From Puniceicoccales bacterium (lineage in GTDB: Bacteria > Verrucomicrobiota > Verrucomicrobiia > Opitutales > JAIRLM01), in NCBI GenBank assembly GCA_031282565.1, contig JAITDL010000044.1:1-35876 (forward strand): a stretch of DNA of 35,876 nt. The letters run 5' to 3'. The notes under the pieces are model-generated. The model searched no databases. It was not told where the DNA came from and was given only the letters and a program-made list of their open reading frames with translations. Within the stretch, counting starts at the first letter, position 1. Every line of letters begins with the position of its first letter. The position numbers were made by a program, and so were the translations under genes. Shown piece by piece: positions 7,571-15,818 of this stretch.

Positions 7571-7865
7571 TGCTGTGACTTTCTTTTTTGTGCTGAATTA
7601 TGAAGTAGGCAATCCCGCAGGCTGCCGCTGCAATTGCTGCCGCTGCCAGGATGTAAATAAAAAATTGCACAATAACGAGCACGATGACAACAGCGACAAA
7701 CGCGGTGAAGATTAGTCCAAAGGTCAAACAGTTCACGTACGGCAACGGCACAATGTCAGGGTCAGGTGTCACGGTGCAATATGTAACTTTTTCCACCGTG
7801 CCACGGCCAGGGTGGTAGATGCTATGGGTTTCGCGAGAAGTATACGGAGGGAAAGGCTGACGCAT
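7371..7865 (-). CDS. Small membrane protein with a ~45-aa bilobed hydrophobic domain. The 3' part overlaps the priA-like 5' end out of frame.
   Basis: ATG at 7865 (MRQPFPPYTS...). The longest ORF reaches 7958. The hydrophobic block is LTFGLIFTAFVAVVIVLVIV-Q-FFIYILAAAAIAAAACGIAYFII (about 7596-7730). The reading frame continues 200 nt into the priA-like ORF, so one of the two gene boundaries is uncertain. Confidence 0.5.
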   Translation of the reverse strand: MRQPFPPYTSRETHSIYHPGRGTVEKVTYCTVTPDPDIVPLPYVNCLTFGLIFTAFVAVVIVLVIVQFFIYILAAAAIAAAACGIAYFIIQHKKESHSNDQLPENANATGRVQVIDERPLRGAGRQPAPADGIDTTVSYPHAPNTKRPPHPVAPDGLFGDSAQD

Positions 7866-7990
7866 GGTGTTCTCTAAGCAAAATATTTCCGGCGAGTCAA
7901 GATTTTTTTTGCGCGATTTGATTGAGTTTGGGTCGAGTGCGATGAATAAATCTCGCACCGCCGTGGAAAATTATCCACCATGCTGCGGCC

Positions 7991-9859
7991 GTGGACGAAA
8001 AAGATGTACTAGCAAAGACGGTGAGGAGCGTGCAGCTAGGCAATGCCGCCGCCGCTGCCAGGGTTGACGAAAAAAAGAAGGATACAATCCCTTTTGTGCC
8101 AAGTGCCAATGCAATGGCCGTCTCGGAAGCGAGAAAGCGCGAAAGAGATAGTGTGACCGTCGCTCCCGATGGCAGGCGGTCGGAATTGCCGGGGCGCAGC
8201 CAAAATTTGGTTGCGGAGCAGAAAAAGGCTCAGCTGGCTGGCGAATTTGCTCAGCTCCTTCACCTGCCAAGTGATGTGAAATCTGGCGCCGCACCGGGAG
8301 TCTATGTCAATTTTGCGAAGAAGCTATCCAACATCTTCCAGCGCAGGCAAAGTTCATCGGCAAAAAAAACGGATCTGCGCAGCAGCGACGATGAAGATGA
8401 CGATGATGCTCTGCCGCTCTCACTTGGTGTTGATGAGCCGGACGACGGTGGCGATGGCGATGATTTCCACGAAGAAGGTGAACTGGAATCGGATGAAGAT
8501 GGAGAATTGGCTTCCGCCGGCGGCGCGGAGGTTGGCCGCGAAGACGTTGCCATTGACAGGGCAAAAGCCGGTGGCAGCGGAGAGCGCAAAACTGTCACAT
8601 GGAAACAACTTTGGTCCAGGCACGCCGGCGATCTTGAAAACTATCCGCCACATCTGCTGCGACTTCTCGTTGCCGCGGAAAAGCAGTCGAAGTCCGTGGC
8701 CGAGCAGCACAATCTGCTAAACTACGCCAAGCAATGTGCGAAAATTGACGTCGAAATGCTTGGCTCCCAGGAGGCCGCCGCGGAAAAGCAATTGGATATT
8801 CTCAAGACAAGGGAAGACGAATTCAGTAAAAAGCGCTACGAGCGCACGAAAAAACTTCTGGCTGCGATCCGCCGCGATAGACGCAGCGCCGAACAATTTC
8901 TGGCGCAGGTTGAGTCGGCGATCGGCGTCATCGAAAGGGAAAGGGGAGACCAACTTCGCGACGAATACAAAATAGTTCCGAAGGCACGCTTTGTTAGCTC
9001 CGAGATGGGATGGAGCGGGTTCGACGCCGGTGCTGAACTCGCCGTCGACTACGTCAGTGACGTTTTGGCCATCGATGGCGCAAGTTTGTTTTTTGAAAAC
9101 TTCATAGGCAAACACATGGCCATGGGGTTTGAAACGTACTTTGACGCCATGCTCAAACTTCTCGGCGCCGACATTGCTTCGATCGATCCATCCAGGGAAG
9201 TAGCTCATCTATTGGCGGTTAGACAGGCATTGTTCGACGCCGAAATATCGCACCAAATCTACGATAGCGTAGTGCTAATTGATCAAAAACTCGAGCACAT
9301 TGGCATCATGCTCGAGCGGGAGAGCGGCTACTACGAACCGGTCTGGATGAAAATTGAGGTGGATGAAGATATGCTAACTGTTTCAACGGCAAGAGGTTAT
9401 GGCCCAATGGAGCCCGTAAAAACAATCGCGGTCTCCAATAGAAGTAACCATTTTGCAGAGCTTACGAAGCTTGTCAACAGCCTGCATGCGGACGGCATAT
9501 ACATGGAAAACTGCGCAACTGGCTGGGGCCGCGATCTCTTCTACGGCGTTCGCGTTCGCTACGGTTTGCCAATGCTGCGCAGGGAGTTGCCAGGTTGGAG
9601 GAGTGGCGCCACTAGAAGCGTCGCCCCATCGATTCCCGTGGCGAGGTTTTTTGGAGATCGTTCCGACAAAGCGCCAAGCCAAATAGAATTGAGACCGGCA
9701 TTTAGAAAAAATTTTGGCCGTTCGCTGCCTGTTCTTGGGAATAGGCCTGCATTTTTAAATCATTTTTTGTGTGCAGCCGTTCCGGATCCGCGTTCGACAC
9801 AAATCGCACCGGTAACAATTTGCGCCGGTATTTTTGCGCCAAGATCAGTTCGCTCCTAG
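7991..9859 (+). CDS. Orphan 622-codon ORF with an acidic tract. Possible T3SS gatekeeper (SctW/YopN/CopN)-like central region, a weak call.
   Basis: GTG at 7991, first ATG at 8117. Acidic tract SSDDEDDDDALPLSLGVDEPDDGGDGDDFHEEGELESDEDGE. The central helical region contains ...YFDAMLKLLGADIASIDPSREVAHLLAVRQALFDAEI..., which resembles the FLxKaLsADLxSxxPSxxxxxLxxvxxDLxxL block of YopN/CopN. The last ~95 codons are Arg/Pro/Ser-rich and may not be genuine coding sequence. Confidence 0.55.
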   Translation: MDEKDVLAKTVRSVQLGNAAAAARVDEKKKDTIPFVPSANAMAVSEARKRERDSVTVAPDGRRSELPGRSQNLVAEQKKAQLAGEFAQLLHLPSDVKSGAAPGVYVNFAKKLSNIFQRRQSSSAKKTDLRSSDDEDDDDALPLSLGVDEPDDGGDGDDFHEEGELESDEDGELASAGGAEVGREDVAIDRAKAGGSGERKTVTWKQLWSRHAGDLENYPPHLLRLLVAAEKQSKSVAEQHNLLNYAKQCAKIDVEMLGSQEAAAEKQLDILKTREDEFSKKRYERTKKLLAAIRRDRRSAEQFLAQVESAIGVIERERGDQLRDEYKIVPKARFVSSEMGWSGFDAGAELAVDYVSDVLAIDGASLFFENFIGKHMAMGFETYFDAMLKLLGADIASIDPSREVAHLLAVRQALFDAEISHQIYDSVVLIDQKLEHIGIMLERESGYYEPVWMKIEVDEDMLTVSTARGYGPMEPVKTIAVSNRSNHFAELTKLVNSLHADGIYMENCATGWGRDLFYGVRVRYGLPMLRRELPGWRSGATRSVAPSIPVARFFGDRSDKAPSQIELRPAFRKNFGRSLPVLGNRPAFLNHFLCAAVPDPRSTQIAPVTICAGIFAPRSVRS

Positions 9860-9873
9860 TTGCTCCATAAAAA

Positions 9874-10869
9874 ATGCCATTGACAAAGGCACGCGCCGCG
9901 CACAGCAACCGTTCCATGTTAAGTCCATTAGCAAATAGCGCGGATAGCGTAAAATCAATTCGAGCTTATTTCCCAGATGGCGGTAAAAAAATCGATCCGA
10001 GTAAAACCACTGAGGATAGATTCAATCCAGATGCCGCGAAGGTGTATAAGTACAACGGCAGTCTTCTGACTGCCGATCAGTTTCGCGACATTGAAGCGCA
10101 TTTAAAATTGAACGAATTCCCAGATGGACATTTGATTATGGCTGGCGTGCCGGATATTTTGTCTACCCATGCATGGTTCGCTAACTTCGGTCAGGGCGCA
10201 AAGATTGCAATTACGCCCATTGCTGGCCTGGACGCTAGGGAAGTCGATCCCTTTATTTGCGCTACAAAAATTGCTGGGTTTTTGAATCTTTTAGTCGAGC
10301 GCCCGTTGACGCAGGATGAGCGGGCTGATTTTGGCGGAGTACTTGCCGATTGTGCTAGTGTTATTTTACACGGTCTTGGCGATGATGGACTTGGCTTGTT
10401 TGGTAGCCGTAGGGTGCCGCAGGCTGATCCCCAAAAGGACGGCGCTGGCGTAGTCGAATTTAGCTCTAAAGACAGAGGGAGAAACCGCCTTGCGCATATT
10501 GGATACATAGCAGCTGTAATTGCGAATCGGTTCACTGATAAGCTCCATGAGCTGCGACTTACGTCCGGGAAAGCCTTGCTGAAAGAAAAATTTCCTGGGG
10601 TGGCGTTTGAAGTCAAATTGTATCGTGACTGCGCCGATGAAGCAAGAAGAATTGCTGCGGATCCGAAGTCGCCGCGTGTGATGCAGATTTTTGCGCCAGT
10701 TAAGGACGATAGTAAAACTGATTCCTATTCGACGCAATGGCTCGTTTTTTATTGGGATGGTGATAAGTTTCGTCCAAATCCATGCATCAAGAGAAGGACG
10801 AAAGTAGAATTTGCCAATTTGCTCATGGCAATGAAGAAACGGGTGCCACCCAATGCCGTGGCTGTTTAG
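9874..10869 (+). CDS. Orphan protein (331 aa), probably co-transcribed with the upstream ORF
   Basis: ATG at 9874, 14 nt after the upstream stop. An alternative ATG lies at 9916 (MLSPLANS...). Composition is normal and globular, with no motif I recognise. Its stop overlaps the stop of the convergent methyltransferase gene by 4 nt. Confidence 0.65.
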   Translation: MPLTKARAAHSNRSMLSPLANSADSVKSIRAYFPDGGKKIDPSKTTEDRFNPDAAKVYKYNGSLLTADQFRDIEAHLKLNEFPDGHLIMAGVPDILSTHAWFANFGQGAKIAITPIAGLDAREVDPFICATKIAGFLNLLVERPLTQDERADFGGVLADCASVILHGLGDDGLGLFGSRRVPQADPQKDGAGVVEFSSKDRGRNRLAHIGYIAAVIANRFTDKLHELRLTSGKALLKEKFPGVAFEVKLYRDCADEARRIAADPKSPRVMQIFAPVKDDSKTDSYSTQWLVFYWDGDKFRPNPCIKRRTKVEFANLLMAMKKRVPPNAVAV

Positions 10870-11648
10870 TGTCCGGTGCGCTTTGCCTCGTAGATGAAAA
10901 GGGCAGCTGCCGTTGCGGCGTTTAGCGAGTCTGATCCGCTGCCGCACATCGGTATGCGCAGGCACAGGTCGACGTTTTCCATCCAGAAGGCACTGAGTCC
11001 ATTGTGCTCATTTCCTATGGCAATTGCAAGTGGGCCCATGGGCATCGAATCCCAGTAGCACTTCTCGGCGCTGGGGCCGGTTCCAACAATGAAAATGCCG
11101 TTATTGCGGAGAAACTTAAGCGCATCTCCGTTGTCGCAGATTGCCGCTGGAACGGAAAAAATCGCCCCCTGTGAGGCGCGAATTGCGTTTGGATTCCAAA
11201 AATCCATGAGCGGATCGGTTGCGATTAGGAGGTTGCAGCCGGCGGCATCTGCTGTGCGGAGGATCGCCCCCAGATTTCCGGGTTTTTCGATGGATTCCGC
11301 GACTATGACCAGCGGGTTTGGCGCAAGTGATTTAGGGAGTTTCATCTCAGGGATTTTAGCCAGTGCTAGCACGCCATCGGGGTTTTCTCTCAATGAAATT
11401 TTTTCAAAAACGCTGCTGGGCAGCATAAAAACACGGCAATTCCCGGAGAATATTTTAACAAATTCGCCGTCGGCAGCTGCAGATTCATCCAGATAAATTT
11501 CCAAGAGATTAATGCCGTTTCCCTTCGCTCGCAGGCATTCGCGGCGCCCTTCTATGAAAAAATGTCCACTGCGCCGCCTGGCGTCGGCCTTTCTCAGCTC
11601 AACCAGGTGCAAAATGCGGCCGTTGCGTCTGCTTTCGATGCGTTCCAT
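10866..11648 (-). CDS. TrmH/SpoU-family RNA 2'-O-ribose methyltransferase (RlmB-like)
   Basis: 260 aa. SPOUT motifs LIVAESIEKPGNLGAILRTADAAG, IAIGNEHNGLS and IPMCGSGSDSLNAATAAALFIYE, plus an N-terminal substrate-binding-type extension. Confidence 0.85.
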   Translation of the reverse strand: MERIESRRNGRILHLVELRKADARRRSGHFFIEGRRECLRAKGNGINLLEIYLDESAAADGEFVKIFSGNCRVFMLPSSVFEKISLRENPDGVLALAKIPEMKLPKSLAPNPLVIVAESIEKPGNLGAILRTADAAGCNLLIATDPLMDFWNPNAIRASQGAIFSVPAAICDNGDALKFLRNNGIFIVGTGPSAEKCYWDSMPMGPLAIAIGNEHNGLSAFWMENVDLCLRIPMCGSGSDSLNAATAAALFIYEAKRTGH

Positions 11649-11705
11649 TGTGTTAGCGCTGGCTGCGCCAATCGAAAAGCCAATGGCGGAACATTGGCAA
11701 GATTA

Positions 11706-14700
11706 CTATGCAGTATCTTCTTCAGGTTTTTCTTTTTTCGTATCTGGAGTGATTCCAGGTTTCGGCTTGGGAAGCTTTTTCGTGACTTCCTGTCTCTTGC
11801 CGGCAATTTTTAGACCAACTTTTGCAACTTCTGCCGCTTTTTGGCCCATTGTTAGGACGGAAAACACGAGCCACGTGATTTCGCGCATTGTCCTAAATAG
11901 GAATCCGAAAAAGAATATGATGAAAATGCAAATAATGCAATAGCCGGCTACGGATTTGCCGTTTTCGGCGGCGTCCATGGCTCCTCGCAGAATTGCAAGT
12001 CCACTTTCATAGCGTTCCAAATTTAGTTTTTTGAGCGTTGATGTTCCGGCTATAATGTGGACTCTGGTTGCCTGATCGATGCCGCCGTCGTCCGGCGATT
12101 GGTAGGCAATCAGGATATTGCCACTTCTCCCGGTTCCGGCCGTTAGTTTAGCAAGTAGTGTGAAATCGGCGGCGGATTTTGTTGCAGAAGACGATGTTGG
12201 CTGTGATGCGTCCTGGTCGCCAGTCGGTTGCTGTTGGCTGCCGTCGCCGGCAGGAGACGCTGTTATGGCGGCCATGACCGGCTTGACAAACGGCGTAATG
12301 GCATGCTCTGCGAGCATCTCAACAACAGCTTGGCGGAATTGCGCACAATCCCCATCGGTTAACTCGTAGATGGCGTCTGCCATCGTTTTTTCGCCGTCGC
12401 ATCCAGCCGCTATATTTCCAAGGCAGGAGATAATTGTAAGTGGCGCATCGTCAACCGATTTTAGGAGAGATGGCTTACTGAAAACAATGTGATAGCAAGC
12501 GGCATTGATGATATCATTTTTTTGTGGAGGATGTTCTGGCATATTTTCAATATTCAGCTGATCGACTATTGATAGTAGGTCATTGTCGTCCGCGGTCTTT
12601 ATTATGTTGAGCGCAGCGGAAAGCATTTTCTCTCCAATAGTACGACTCGCGCAGTCACGCACACATTCAGCCAATTGCGCCAGCGGCATCAGACCGCTAC
12701 CATAGGCAATTTCCAGCAGGGCAGGCAGTGCTTCACTATGCTTTTCGAGAAAGGTAATGTGTCTATTCACAGATTCTAGTATTTTGCATATGGCTGCGGC
12801 GTAAAATTCAGCAGCTCTTGAATTGCTTTCCACGGATGCAGCAGTAAGCGGCGGCAGTGTGGCAAATATTTCTTGCAGGCGCTTTGCTTCCAATTTGGCT
12901 ACTAGCTCACCCGCCGTCGACGGCAAGCCGTTGTCGGCAAGCTTTTGAGCATAACTTTGGTCAAGCGTTAACTCTATGGCGTTGGTGAAATTGATCGTTT
13001 TTTTAAGCACAATATCAAACAGCGCTACGTCTTGACCGTTAAGTTTGATCTTCTTTGATGGATTTGCCAAAATGTATGCGAAGACTCCAATGGCCGTTTC
13101 TGGAGTTTTAGCGCCTGCTGTTTTAACGTCATTCAGTGATTTGATCCAGTCAGAAATCACCTCGATTGCCACAGGTGGGCCACCATCGGAAAAGACAATA
13201 TCAAGCGCGTCACTGAAACGTCGGTCTCCGGCGGCATAAATGGCATCTAGAATTGGTTTTATATGTGCTTTGCGAAGGTATTTAGCCGCCTGTTCCGCAT
13301 TAAAAAAGATGTCAACTAATTGGTTGATGTGCGCGGCGATTTGATTTTTCGTTTCATATGTAGTAACTATGGCGGCGACATTGTCGTCAATGGTGTCCCG
13401 TGCGGCTGACGTTGCGGAAGTTAATCCCGAGTCGCCGGCATGTTTTGTGCGTACCGGCCGTCTAGTAAGTGCTTCGTTGAGTTTAGCACTGCCGCTATTT
13501 TGTGCCGGCTTAGCGTCCTTGATATATGCGACGTATCGACTAAGTGCTTCTGTGCCTCTGATTGATTTACGCATGTCGGCAATTGTGAAATCACCAAAAG
13601 CCTTCGTCAAAACTGCAGCTGTTGCGAAATCTGAGCCAGGCACGGATGTACTTTCAATGGCGTTTGCTACCGCGGCAATTTGTTCTCCTGTGACGCATTG
13701 CCGAATGAGCTCTGCGGATTTATCTTTAATTCTCTGATCATTCGAATGTTGCGCTCCAAATATGGCAACCATGGCGAATGCAAGGCACGATTTGCTGGAT
13801 TTGTCGTCAATTACTAAGCGCTCAAAGTCGATGGAGCTAATGACTTCGAGTAGTCGAGCCGAATCTCTAAGCATAAATATTCCATAGTTATCGTTGGCGG
13901 CATTTAAAAATCTTGAAGCACAATTCCGCAGTAGATGTTTGCAAATCGCCGAGTTGTAATGGTCGTTCGTAAGTGAACTAACTCTGATGGCAAAGTCCTT
14001 ACCGATTTTATCTTCGTAGCTAAGCGCACTATTCTCACTAATTTCTGTGCCAATTGAATTTAGTAAGGCATTAAATGAATCTCTTTTGAATTCCGCCAGA
14101 GCATCGAGTTGTTCATTTGTGATGGCGGCGATTTGCTCTGCGGTGCCGTATGTCAAAACACCTGCCAAAATGTGCAGCACTGTGTAATTTCGAGCCTGTC
14201 CGTTGGGGGCAGTCAGACTGCCAACGATATTCTTCGGAATGGATTTGTAGGCCTCGTTGACACCCCTACACCTGTGGCGGGCGGCCTTTGATGCGGCATC
14301 ATATCCGCCAAGACATGACACGTCCTCAAGCCATTTTGGGTTTATTGCCTCCAGTTGCTTGGCTGAACAATGCTCAAACATGTGTTGAAACAGAGGCAGC
14401 TCGACATCTCCAGATTCCGTTTTGGCGCAACGGTTTAGCAGCCCAAAGAACTCAACCGGCAGCGCCTCTAGCAGCTTTTCAATTTCGGATCCAGTCAATT
14501 CTTCTTTGATGATCATTCTAGTGAGTAGCTCTACCCACTCCTTCTTGACGTCGTCAGCACTGGCAGAGAACAGTTTACCAAGGAGTGCTGGACTATTTCT
14601 AGCTAGGATTTTCAGATTTTCGCCGACCCCATCATTGAGTTCTGGGCCAAGCCCACATCTAGCATTTGGTTTGAAAGTTAGATATCGCGAAAGAAATCCA

Positions 14701-15491
14701 TTTGCGTCGATTGATTTTGACGCATCTCCAACCAGCACATCAATTCGTCTGTCGGAATTCAATAGTGAATCAAGATCAGCTTGCGGAATTCGCAATTGAC
14801 CTACCGCAGAAACAATAGCATCATCTCCTGATAGCAATGCCATCCACAGCAATATTGTGCCAACATTCATGCACCTGGTAGATTCGTCGCCGTAGCCCTT
14901 TGATTGCATTGCTTTCGCCAGACTAATTACGCCTTCAATGGCTCTGGCATTTGCCGCATTAAGTGCCGCTTCAAGTGGAATTTCGGTCGCCGACGAAAAA
15001 TGGCTACCACTCGGTAAGGATTTTATACCGGCGCATAGTTTCAAGCTGCCATGAATTAGTTCGCACAAGTACCAGGGGCTGATGAAGTCAGAGAAACGCG
15101 TTGGTTCATCTAGGTCGCTGAAGTACACCGAGGTGTTTGCGGACAGCAAATACAGAATTACTGGGCTTAAATTGCCATTGTATTCAATTTGCTTGCCGTC
15201 ATTGCTGTCGACGAGGTGCAATTCGAGCCTGCTCGAACTATCAGCACTGTCAGGGGAAAGTGCGATGGAACGAATTGCGACAAGAAATTTATCGCAAGCT
15301 GAGTCAACTCTAGGTAGCGGATCGAACTCGGCGATTTTTTCCAAGTCCCCTGAGTTCAGTATTTCTTTGACGGCATCAAAATATCGCTTTGGTAGCTCAT
15401 TTTGTTCGACTACAGCCGCAGCAGGTGCTGCTTCAGGACTGCCTTGTTGCCGACTGACTGCTGGATCGCCCATTTGCCCACATGGAAGCAT
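11706..15491 (-). CDS. Giant orphan protein A (paralogue of B). Helical-repeat-like, with a C-terminal hydrophobic anchor.
   Basis: The maximal ORF is 11706-15617 (1303 codons). The likelier starts are ATG 15491 (MLPCGQ) or 15473 (MGDPAV), because the first 42 codons look non-coding. No enzymatic motif is visible. C-terminal module ...YCIICIFIIFFFGFLFRTMREITWLVFSVLTMG... followed by a Lys/Pro-rich tail. Confidence 0.8.
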   Translation of the reverse strand: MLPCGQMGDPAVSRQQGSPEAAPAAAVVEQNELPKRYFDAVKEILNSGDLEKIAEFDPLPRVDSACDKFLVAIRSIALSPDSADSSSRLELHLVDSNDGKQIEYNGNLSPVILYLLSANTSVYFSDLDEPTRFSDFISPWYLCELIHGSLKLCAGIKSLPSGSHFSSATEIPLEAALNAANARAIEGVISLAKAMQSKGYGDESTRCMNVGTILLWMALLSGDDAIVSAVGQLRIPQADLDSLLNSDRRIDVLVGDASKSIDANGFLSRYLTFKPNARCGLGPELNDGVGENLKILARNSPALLGKLFSASADDVKKEWVELLTRMIIKEELTGSEIEKLLEALPVEFFGLLNRCAKTESGDVELPLFQHMFEHCSAKQLEAINPKWLEDVSCLGGYDAASKAARHRCRGVNEAYKSIPKNIVGSLTAPNGQARNYTVLHILAGVLTYGTAEQIAAITNEQLDALAEFKRDSFNALLNSIGTEISENSALSYEDKIGKDFAIRVSSLTNDHYNSAICKHLLRNCASRFLNAANDNYGIFMLRDSARLLEVISSIDFERLVIDDKSSKSCLAFAMVAIFGAQHSNDQRIKDKSAELIRQCVTGEQIAAVANAIESTSVPGSDFATAAVLTKAFGDFTIADMRKSIRGTEALSRYVAYIKDAKPAQNSGSAKLNEALTRRPVRTKHAGDSGLTSATSAARDTIDDNVAAIVTTYETKNQIAAHINQLVDIFFNAEQAAKYLRKAHIKPILDAIYAAGDRRFSDALDIVFSDGGPPVAIEVISDWIKSLNDVKTAGAKTPETAIGVFAYILANPSKKIKLNGQDVALFDIVLKKTINFTNAIELTLDQSYAQKLADNGLPSTAGELVAKLEAKRLQEIFATLPPLTAASVESNSRAAEFYAAAICKILESVNRHITFLEKHSEALPALLEIAYGSGLMPLAQLAECVRDCASRTIGEKMLSAALNIIKTADDNDLLSIVDQLNIENMPEHPPQKNDIINAACYHIVFSKPSLLKSVDDAPLTIISCLGNIAAGCDGEKTMADAIYELTDGDCAQFRQAVVEMLAEHAITPFVKPVMAAITASPAGDGSQQQPTGDQDASQPTSSSATKSAADFTLLAKLTAGTGRSGNILIAYQSPDDGGIDQATRVHIIAGTSTLKKLNLERYESGLAILRGAMDAAENGKSVAGYCIICIFIIFFFGFLFRTMREITWLVFSVLTMGQKAAEVAKVGLKIAGKRQEVTKKLPKPKPGITPDTKKEKPEEDTA

Positions 15492-15818
15492 TTTTTTTTG
15501 TAATGTCAAGGGTGTCCGAATGGCGATTGCGTGTATTTGAACTAATTGCCGGCCGCCATTTCGCTTAAAAAGCAAATTGCGCGCGAATTCGCAGTGCGGC
15601 GCAAATGGCTGAGTCAAAAAAACTCACAGGAAAATTTGCCGCAGACATTGACGAACAGCTAAAATGCCAATGCGCGCCACAAAAAACCTTAACTAGCGGC
15701 TGTAAAATTTTTGCGCGTCGCCATTTTCAGCGGAGGCTTCCGCAAATCGAGCGATTTTGCATTTTTTTACCTTTACTTCGCTGGCACATTGGGCAACCTA
15801 TTGATCGTGGTATCTGCT
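15492..15818. promoter_or_regulatory. Shared divergent control region between giant paralogues A and B
   Basis: About 330 bp without convincing coding sequence between the likely starts. It contains four GCAAAT/ATTTGC boxes (15573-78, 15602-07, 15635-40 inverted, 15742-47), a 10-bp palindrome GCGAATTCGC (15584-93) and TTGACA at 15503-15508 on the minus strand. Promoters are assumed rather than demonstrated. Confidence 0.4.

Noticed and set aside
8717-10965. Antisense ORFs 8717-9208(-) of 163 aa, 10191-10616(-) of 141 aa and 10366-10965(-) of 199 aa
   Set aside because: All lie fully inside longer, better-composed plus-strand ORFs, or across the convergent gene junction. Their translations are low-complexity or Arg/Ser/Pro-rich. 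They are typical antisense shadows in moderate-GC DNA.
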